Shown: piece after piece, positions 49,314 through 55,748 of the stretch
Layout: every line of letters starts with the position of its first letter
Numbering within the stretch: position 1 is the stretch's first letter
Source of the DNA: Calditrichaceae bacterium
GTDB lineage: Bacteria > Calditrichota > Calditrichia > Calditrichales > JBFXGD01
Assembly (NCBI GenBank): GCA_050173015.1
Contig: JBFXLE010000021.1
Coordinates: forward strand, 19,978-75,725
Direction of reading: 5' to 3'
Length of the DNA: 55,748 nucleotides
Notes under the pieces: generated by a model
Seen by the model: the letters and a program-made list of their open reading frames with translations, nothing else
The model's database searches: none
What the model was told of the DNA's origin: nothing
Program-made: the position numbers and the translations under genes

Positions 49314-50039
49314 ATGAAAAAATTGATCACCGCGTCAAAAATCAGACAGGTAAAAACAGAGGGGATTAAGGAAATCCTGGCGTCAAAAGACGATTCTATT
49401 ATAACCCCTGAAGCGAAAGATCTTGCAAAAAAGCTCGGAATAAGGATTTTAGAAAAAGAGAATAACTCAAAGCCGGCTGTTAAGAAATCCGCTAATCTTT
49501 CCGCTACGGCGAATATTGATGAAAATCTTGTAAGACAGGTGACGGTTGAAGTGATTAAAAAGTTGCCGGCAGATCGAAGAGATCCCGAGAAAATTAAAGA
49601 AATTGTGCTGGCGGTACTCCAAAACAAAAAATCTGATACGTCTCCTGAAATTCAGCAAGTCAGCGAGCGAAAAGTTGATTCTTCCGGCATTATTTTGATC
49701 AGGGGACAGTCTGTCAAGCTTGAACGATTCGAAGACGCTGGACCAGAGAAAAATATCAGATTAGCTGATGTGGTTACCCATGAAGACGGTTCTCCCATCG
49801 CCGCGGGTATTATGGAATGGAAAAAAGAATCTTTCCCATGGACGCTTACTTACGATGAAGTTGATATCGTTCTTGAAGGTACTCTTTCAATAACGATTGA
49901 TGGCAGGACCTTTGAAGGACATGCGGGGGACATGTTCTACATCCCAAAGGGAAGCAGCATAATCTTCGGAACGCCGACGAGAACGAAGGTATTTTATTCC
50001 ACATATCCGGCAAATTGGGCACAATTGGCAAAAGGTTGA
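49314..50039 (+). CDS. eutQ: Cupin-domain ethanolamine utilisation protein
   Basis: MKKLITA; IITP.AKD; FPWTLTYDEVDIVLEG; GD..YIPKGSSI.FGTP; YPANW. ATG at 49314; the ORF track gives GTG 49302. Confidence 0.93.
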   Translation: MKKLITASKIRQVKTEGIKEILASKDDSIITPEAKDLAKKLGIRILEKENNSKPAVKKSANLSATANIDENLVRQVTVEVIKKLPADRRDPEKIKEIVLAVLQNKKSDTSPEIQQVSERKVDSSGIILIRGQSVKLERFEDAGPEKNIRLADVVTHEDGSPIAAGIMEWKKESFPWTLTYDEVDIVLEGTLSITIDGRTFEGHAGDMFYIPKGSSIIFGTPTRTKVFYSTYPANWAQLAKG

Positions 50040-50044
50040 TAATT

Positions 50045-50866
50045 ATGAGTCAAAAATTTATTACAGAGCTGTGGCTGCGTGATAATTTCAGCCTGGGGCA
50101 CGGAACGGAACTCAATCTTCCCAGAGAATCAAAACTTACACCATCCGCGCATCAGTTACTGCAGGAGAGAAGAATAAAAGTGAAGTTTGTTGATGATGAG
50201 GGGCGGGTTTATCTTCCGGCAAAAGATGACAGTAATGTGTCTTCGGAGCAGCCTGTACATCCATTGACCGGTGGGACAAAACGTCCGGACAACGAATGTT
50301 CGTTGTGCGGCCAGCATATTGAAAATAAACCCGATACGATGACGCACCTGGATAAGGACACGCTTGTTCCAAAAAATAACTCTCGTCTGAAGCTAAGGGG
50401 TAAACTGGATACTATTATTGCCTACACGGTTCTGTTGCAGAATGAATTTGATCCTGATGATAAATACCCGGTGCTGAACAGATATCTCGCGGACATCCGT
50501 TCATATCTGGGCAATATTCTGAAAGCAGAAGTCACAGGGGAAGAATTGTCCCCGGTTTCTATCGGAGATATGGATGAAGAAGTTATTCATGCGATTTCAC
50601 ATAATCCTTTAAAATATCTCGGGCATGACCATATCGTCCCATGCAAAGATCATGGCGTTCGGGTGGCGCGTCTTAATTATCTGCGCGCGCTGGTACGGGA
50701 AGCAGAAGTCATCGCCGCTGATTTATTTATTGATGAATTATTCCGTGTTTCAAGAAAGGATTTAATGAAGGGTTTAAACAGGTCAAGCAGCGCGATCTAT
50801 GTATTAATGATGATGACACTAATGGCTGAAAAGGGCAAAGTTGCCGAGAAACCGGAGGCGCGTTAA
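50045..50866 (+). CDS. eutT: EutT-type ATP:cob(I)alamin adenosyltransferase
   Basis: FITE.WLR; LTPSA; H-X12-CxxC; KPDTMTHL...LVPK; RGKLD; SHNPLKY; LN.LRA..RE.E; LNR.SS. ATG at 50045. Confidence 0.93.
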   Translation: MSQKFITELWLRDNFSLGHGTELNLPRESKLTPSAHQLLQERRIKVKFVDDEGRVYLPAKDDSNVSSEQPVHPLTGGTKRPDNECSLCGQHIENKPDTMTHLDKDTLVPKNNSRLKLRGKLDTIIAYTVLLQNEFDPDDKYPVLNRYLADIRSYLGNILKAEVTGEELSPVSIGDMDEEVIHAISHNPLKYLGHDHIVPCKDHGVRVARLNYLRALVREAEVIAADLFIDELFRVSRKDLMKGLNRSSSAIYVLMMMTLMAEKGKVAEKPEAR

Positions 50867-50868
50867 CA

Positions 50869-51843
50869 ATGGCCATTCTTGATAATTTTGCGGCAAGATG
50901 CCGTCAAAAACCAAAAACCATAATCTTTCCGGACGCATCGGATATCCGGGTCATTGAAGCGGCAAGAAGACTGATTGATGAAAAATTGGCTGATCCGGTA
51001 CTCGTTGGAAGTCCGTTTGGCATCAGAGAAGAAGCGGACAAGGCAGGATTGTCAACCCGGGGAATGAAAATAATAGCGCCTCATCAGGATGAAAAATATA
51101 AGGAATATGCAGAAAAATATTATGATCTGAGAAAAGAAAAGGGAGTGACCGGATATGACGCGGAAGAAGTCATGAGAAATCCACTCTATTTTTCAGCAAT
51201 GTATGTACGTGATGGCCGTTCTGATATATGCGTCGGAGGCAATCAGTCAACAACGGCTGATGTTCTTCGGGCCGCGATTCAGATTATCGGTGTGGCAGAA
51301 GGCATCAAAACAGTGTCCAGTTTTTTTCTGACGATTCACCCTGACGGGCAGCAGGTTTTCGCATTCGCGGACTGCGCGGTTATACCGGAACCTACATCGG
51401 AACAGCTCGCGGAGATCGCGGTCACCACAGCTGAGAATTATTTAAATCTGACCGGGATTTCCCCAAAAACAGCGATGCTGTCTTTCTCAACCAAGGGGAG
51501 CGCGACACATCCTGCAATTGAAGAAGTTCAGGTCTCGGTGGAGATGGCGAAAAGATTGAAACCGGATTTGATCATCGACGGTGAAATGCAATTTGACGCC
51601 GCCTTGATTCCGGCGGTTGCAAAAATGAAAGCGCCGGGGAGTCCACTGGAAGATGGAGCGAATGTTTTTATTTTTCCGTCACTGGAAGCCGGAAATATCG
51701 GTTACAAAATTGCTCAGAGGCTCGGCGGATTTAAAGCGTTGGGGCCTATGATTCAGGGATTAAAAAATCAGATGCACGATTTATCAAGAGGGTGTAGTGT
51801 TCAGGATATTATGGATGTCTCTTTAACAGCATCCTGTATGTAG
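50869..51843 (+). CDS. eutD: Phosphate acetyltransferase
   Basis: FPDA.D.RV; TADVLRAAIQIIG; FADCAVIPEP; MLSFSTKGS; DGEMQFDAA; GNIGYK; DLSRGCS. Confidence 0.92.
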   Translation: MAILDNFAARCRQKPKTIIFPDASDIRVIEAARRLIDEKLADPVLVGSPFGIREEADKAGLSTRGMKIIAPHQDEKYKEYAEKYYDLRKEKGVTGYDAEEVMRNPLYFSAMYVRDGRSDICVGGNQSTTADVLRAAIQIIGVAEGIKTVSSFFLTIHPDGQQVFAFADCAVIPEPTSEQLAEIAVTTAENYLNLTGISPKTAMLSFSTKGSATHPAIEEVQVSVEMAKRLKPDLIIDGEMQFDAALIPAVAKMKAPGSPLEDGANVFIFPSLEAGNIGYKIAQRLGGFKALGPMIQGLKNQMHDLSRGCSVQDIMDVSLTASCM

Positions 51844-51880
51844 GAATATCAATTTTTAAGTAGTGATCAGGAGAATTTTT

Positions 51881-52168
51881 ATGGAAGCATTAGGCATGAT
51901 AGAAACCAGGGGATTGGTTGGTTTGATCGAAGCATCGGATGCCATGGTCAAAGCCGCCAGGGTTAAATTAGTCGGTTACCAGCAGATTGGCGGCGGACTG
52001 GTCACCGCTCTGGTCCGTGGAGATGTTGCCGCGTGTAAAGCCGCAACAGATGCCGGGGCTGCCGCGGCGGAAAGAGTCGGTGAACTTGTCGCGGTACATG
52101 TTATTCCCCGTCCTCACGGTGATCTCGAAGATATTTTTCCGATTAAGATGAACGGTGAAATCATATAA
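51881..52168 (+). CDS. eutM: BMC-H shell protein (copy 1)
   Basis: [35 protein letters not shown]...[13 protein letters not shown]...[10 protein letters not shown]. Confidence 0.94.
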   Translation: MEALGMIETRGLVGLIEASDAMVKAARVKLVGYQQIGGGLVTALVRGDVAACKAATDAGAAAAERVGELVAVHVIPRPHGDLEDIFPIKMNGEII

Positions 52169-52209
52169 ATTGAAATATCAGAAACACATTTATTTTTAAG
52201 GAGAACAAA

Positions 52210-52497
52210 ATGGAAGCATTGGGTATGGTTGAGACAAAAGGCCTGGTTGGATTAATCGAGGCTTCTGACGCGATGGTAAAGGCAGCGAGAGTAAAGCTGG
52301 TCGCTTATCAACAGATTGGCGCGGGATATGTAACGGCATTAGTCCGCGGAGATGTGGCGGCATGTAAGGCAGCGACCGATGCCGGCGCCGCTGCGGCAGA
52401 ACGTGTGGGTGAATTGGTCGCGGTACATGTCATTCCCCGTCCTCATGGTGATCTTGAAGACATTTTCCCGATTAAACTGAGCGGTGAAATTAAATAA
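52210..52497 (+). CDS. eutM: BMC-H shell protein (copy 2)
   Basis: Protein nearly identical to copy 1; AAGGAG RBS. Confidence 0.94.
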   Translation: MEALGMVETKGLVGLIEASDAMVKAARVKLVAYQQIGAGYVTALVRGDVAACKAATDAGAAAAERVGELVAVHVIPRPHGDLEDIFPIKLSGEIK

Positions 52498-52548
52498 ATA
52501 TTAACAAAACTATTTCCTGAATATCAGGATCGTTTGTAAGGAGAAACA

Positions 52549-52839
52549 ATGGAAGCATTAGGATTAATTGAGACAAAGGGGCTTGTAGGATTGATCGAAG
52601 CCTCGGATGCGATGGTAAAGGCCGCAAGAGTGGAATTAGTGGCATATCAGCAGATAGGCGCCGGATATGTGACCGCCATGGTTCGCGGCGATGTCGCGGC
52701 GTGTAAAGCGGCAACAGACGCCGGCGCGGCGGCCGCGGAACGTGTAGGTGAATTGGTTTCAGTACATGTGATACCGCGTCCCGCAGGTGATTTGGAAGAT
52801 GTTTTTCCGATTAAGCTGAAAAAGAAATCCGGTAAATAA
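52549..52839 (+). CDS. eutM: BMC-H shell protein (copy 3)
   Basis: Protein nearly identical to copies 1 and 2; AAGGAG RBS; basic tail KLKKKSGK. Confidence 0.94.
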   Translation: MEALGLIETKGLVGLIEASDAMVKAARVELVAYQQIGAGYVTAMVRGDVAACKAATDAGAAAAERVGELVSVHVIPRPAGDLEDVFPIKLKKKSGK

Positions 52840-52990
52840 CCGATTCCGCTTTCTTTAATGTTGCATGTTGAAATAAGTGAAAGCGGATTGCTCAATCCGG
52901 GAAAAGGGCATTAGTCTCAATTGTAGTAAACCAGATGGTGTTCCTGTTTTTCGGATAGGGTCTATTATTCATTAATAAAAAGAATGTATC

Positions 52991-53290
52991 ATGGAATTAG
53001 CAAAAGTTATCGGAAACGTAGTTTCCACGGTTAAGATAGAAAGTTTGACAATAGGTAAATTGCTGTTAGTGCAGTTTGTAGGCGAAAATGGCGAGGCCGT
53101 CGGGCCTCCTTCAGTCGCGCTTGACACTATCGGAGCCGGGGAAAACGAGTATGTGATTCTTGTTCGCGGAAGTTCCGCGAGGGTCGCTCTTGACAACCGT
53201 TCATCTGTAGATCTGACTGTTGTCGGAATAGTAGATACGGTTGTTTCTGCCGGTAAGTATATCTATGACAAAAAATCAGACAAGCAATAG
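52991..53290 (+). CDS. eutN: BMC-P vertex pentamer (EutN/CcmL)
   Basis: M.LAKVIGNVVST.K; VALD.IGAG..E.V....GSSAR; D..VVGIVD. Confidence 0.95.
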   Translation: MELAKVIGNVVSTVKIESLTIGKLLLVQFVGENGEAVGPPSVALDTIGAGENEYVILVRGSSARVALDNRSSVDLTVVGIVDTVVSAGKYIYDKKSDKQ

Positions 53291-53305
53291 TGAGGTTTAG
53301 AGAAA

Positions 53306-54715
53306 ATGGAATACTCTTCGCAGGATGTCGCCCGTATTGTTGAGACGGTGATTCAGAAACTGGATAGTAAAAATAACATGACCGGAAGCGGTCACCTGCC
53401 CGCGGGAATATTTGAAACATTGGATGATGCGGTATCGGGCGCAGCAAAAGCGCAAAAAAAGATTCGTAATCTTGAATTACGTTCAAAAATTATCCAGGCC
53501 ATTCGTGTTGCCGGAAAAGCGCATGCTAAGGAGTTAGCAGAACTTGCGGTTCAGGAAACAGGAATGGGACGTGTGGATGATAAGATACAGAAGAATCTAT
53601 CTCAGGCTGAAAAAACACCAGGCGTTGAGGACATCAGCCCTCAGGCGTTGTCTGGTGATCACGGCCTGACTCTGACCGAAAATGCTGCCTGGGGTGTTAT
53701 CGCTTCAGTCACGCCTTCGACAAATCCCGCAGCGTCAATAATCAACAACTCGATCAGTATGATATCCGCGGGAAACTCGATTGTTTTTGCGCCGCATCCC
53801 TCAGCAAAAAAAGTCAGTCAGAGAGCGATTACTATATTGAACGAAGCCGTTGTAAATGCCGGCGGGCCGGCCGATTTAATGACCTGTGTCGCTGAACCAA
53901 CGATTGAAGTTGCCCAGCAGTTATTCAAATATCCGGGAATCGGATTGCTTGTGGTCACCGGCGGTGAAGCAGTAGTAGAGGCGGCAAGAAAATCAACAGA
54001 TAAGCGGCTTATCGCTGCAGGCGCCGGAAATCCGCCGGTGGTGGTTGATGAAACAGCAGATATTCCCAACGCCGCGAAATGCATCGTTTACGGGGCGTCA
54101 TTTGATAACAATATTATATGCGCTGATGAAAAGGAAATTATTGCGGTCCATTCGATTACAGATCAGCTAAAAGAAGAAATGGTGAAAAATAAGGCTTACG
54201 AATTGTCGCAAAGCCAGGCTGAAGATGTAGCGCGCGCGATTCTTATAGATTATCCCGGGCCAAATCCAAAGATTAACAGAAAATGTGTCGGCAAAGACGC
54301 GGCGGTAATCGCGAAGGCCGCCGGTATTGATGTTCCGGAAGACACCCGCCTGCTGTTTGCGGAAACGGATAAAAATCATCCCTTCGCGCGGATCGAATTA
54401 ATGATGCCGGTGATCTCGGTAATAAGGGCTCAGAATGCCGATCAGGCAATCGATTATGCTGTAGAACTTGAGCGTGGATTACATCACACGGCAGCCATGC
54501 ATTCAAAAAATATTGATAATCTGCACAGAATGGCCAATGAAATCGATACGAGCATTTTTGTGAAAAACGGGCCATGTCTCGCGGGTCTCGGTTTTGGCGG
54601 AGAAGGTTGGACAAGCATGACAATATCGACGCCCACAGGTGAAGGCGTCACCAGCGCGAAATCATTTGTACGTTTACGCCGCTGTGTTATCGTCGATCAT
54701 TTCAGAATTGTATAA
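53306..54715 (+). CDS. eutE: CoA-acylating acetaldehyde dehydrogenase
   Basis: Encapsulation peptide QDVARIVETVIQKL; ETGMGRV.DK; PSTNP; VTGG; GAGNPPVVVDETAD; SFDNNIICADEK; TPTGEGVTSA. Confidence 0.95.
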   Translation: MEYSSQDVARIVETVIQKLDSKNNMTGSGHLPAGIFETLDDAVSGAAKAQKKIRNLELRSKIIQAIRVAGKAHAKELAELAVQETGMGRVDDKIQKNLSQAEKTPGVEDISPQALSGDHGLTLTENAAWGVIASVTPSTNPAASIINNSISMISAGNSIVFAPHPSAKKVSQRAITILNEAVVNAGGPADLMTCVAEPTIEVAQQLFKYPGIGLLVVTGGEAVVEAARKSTDKRLIAAGAGNPPVVVDETADIPNAAKCIVYGASFDNNIICADEKEIIAVHSITDQLKEEMVKNKAYELSQSQAEDVARAILIDYPGPNPKINRKCVGKDAAVIAKAAGIDVPEDTRLLFAETDKNHPFARIELMMPVISVIRAQNADQAIDYAVELERGLHHTAAMHSKNIDNLHRMANEIDTSIFVKNGPCLAGLGFGGEGWTSMTISTPTGEGVTSAKSFVRLRRCVIVDHFRIV

Positions 54716-54810
54716 TTTTGACAGATGAACAGAAATGATGTAACAGAATAAGCAATTTTAATAATACGATTGATAATCATTTGAATTTTTAATTCGGGTT
54801 TAATCACAGG

Positions 54811-55748
54811 ATGAATGAGTCAGAAAAAAAACAAATTTTAGATAAAATACGTCTCGCCGGAGTAGTTGGCGCCGGCGGAGCGGGATTCCCGACGTATAAA
54901 AAACTGGACGCGTCCGTAGAGCATATTATCGCGAATGGCGCGGAATGCGAACCGCTGCTGTACAAAGACAGAGAGGTTATGCTGCGCGAGCAAGATGCTT
55001 TATTTAACGGACTGCTCCATATGCAAAAACTCACCGGCGCGGAGAAAGTCACGATCGTAGTGAAGAAAAAGAACAGCGATCTCGTGGAAATGTTGCGTCC
55101 ACAGGCAGATAAACTTGGTTTTCAGATATTTGTTTACGATGATGTTTATCCTGCCGGGGATGAATATGTTCTGGTGTATGAAATCACCGGAAGAAGAATT
55201 CCTCCCGGCGGGATCCCGCTCCAGGTAGGATGTCTCGTTGACAATGTGGAAACGATCATCAATATCGCGCATGCCATAGAAGGACGTACACTTACTGAGA
55301 AATATATTACAATTACCGGCGCGGTAAAGAACGCTATCACGACAAAAGTTCCCATCGGAACCAGTTTCAAAGATTGCATAGAAGCGGCGGGTGGATTGAC
55401 GGTCGATAATCCCGCGGTTATTACGGGCGGTGTGATGATGGGAAAAGTGGAATTCGATTTATCCCTTCCCGTTTCGAAAACTAACGGAGGGCTGATCGTT
55501 TTCCCGGACGATCACTATCTGATTAAACGAAAAACGGCTTCGAAGGAATCCTACACCCGAATCGGGCACGGTCAATGCGATCAATGCTCCATGTGCACAG
55601 AACTTTGTCCACGGTATATTATGGGGTATCCGATTGAACCGCATAAAGTGATGCGGAATTTGCTGATGACCGGTGAGGCAAAAGAACGGATGAGTCTGTG
55701 GGCTCAGTACTGTTGTGAATGCAATGTGTGTTCCTATATCGCCTGTCC
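54811..55748 (+). CDS. PduS/RnfC-like flavo-iron-sulfur protein (cobalamin reductase-like), 3' truncated by window
   Basis: Absent from the ORF track because no stop falls in the window. Read directly: MNESEKKQILDKIRLAGVVGAGGAGFPTYKK...NGAECEPLL.KD...YPAGDE...GGVMMG...CDQCSMCTELCP...CCECNVCSYIAC. Confidence 0.88.
   Translation, partial: MNESEKKQILDKIRLAGVVGAGGAGFPTYKKLDASVEHIIANGAECEPLLYKDREVMLREQDALFNGLLHMQKLTGAEKVTIVVKKKNSDLVEMLRPQADKLGFQIFVYDDVYPAGDEYVLVYEITGRRIPPGGIPLQVGCLVDNVETIINIAHAIEGRTLTEKYITITGAVKNAITTKVPIGTSFKDCIEAAGGLTVDNPAVITGGVMMGKVEFDLSLPVSKTNGGLIVFPDDHYLIKRKTASKESYTRIGHGQCDQCSMCTELCPRYIMGYPIEPHKVMRNLLMTGEAKERMSLWAQYCCECNVCSYIAC

Overview
Bacterial chromosomal window. The host is probably an FCB-group lineage such as Calditrichota, KSB1 or Ignavibacteria; this is inferred from FlgD/T9SS-like C-terminal domains and a TonB receptor-PorV cassette. 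Four blocks are visible. (1) 1-26065: a SusD-less polysaccharide utilisation locus, probably for beta-mannosides. It encodes a TonB receptor, a large CTD protein, PorV-like and SurA-like proteins, a sugar ABC transporter, two GH130, a GH2 beta-mannosidase and three unclassified putative glycoside-active proteins. (2) 26290-27181: a REP-associated tyrosine transposase with short repeats and hairpins. (3) 27275-33118: hydroxyproline dehydratase HypD, its activase and two M24 Xaa-Pro peptidases. (4) 33261-55748: an unusual ethanolamine-utilisation microcompartment (eut BMC) region. It has a divergent eutG, an output-less dCache sensor, a histidine kinase and a sigma54 activator. Then comes a sigma54-promoter-led run: receiver protein, PchP-like phosphatase lipoprotein, porin, eutABCL, eutK-like shell-wHTH fusion, ParA ATPase, eutSPQTD, three eutM, eutN, eutE and a truncated pduS-like gene. 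The best candidate for a new system is the EutK-wHTH plus ParA pair, a possible McdB-less organelle positioning module. Next is a phosphoethanolamine-scavenging, sigma54-controlled eut regulon, supported by a conserved motif upstream of both candidate promoters. Family assignments come from recognised motifs and remembered homologues, not from database searches.
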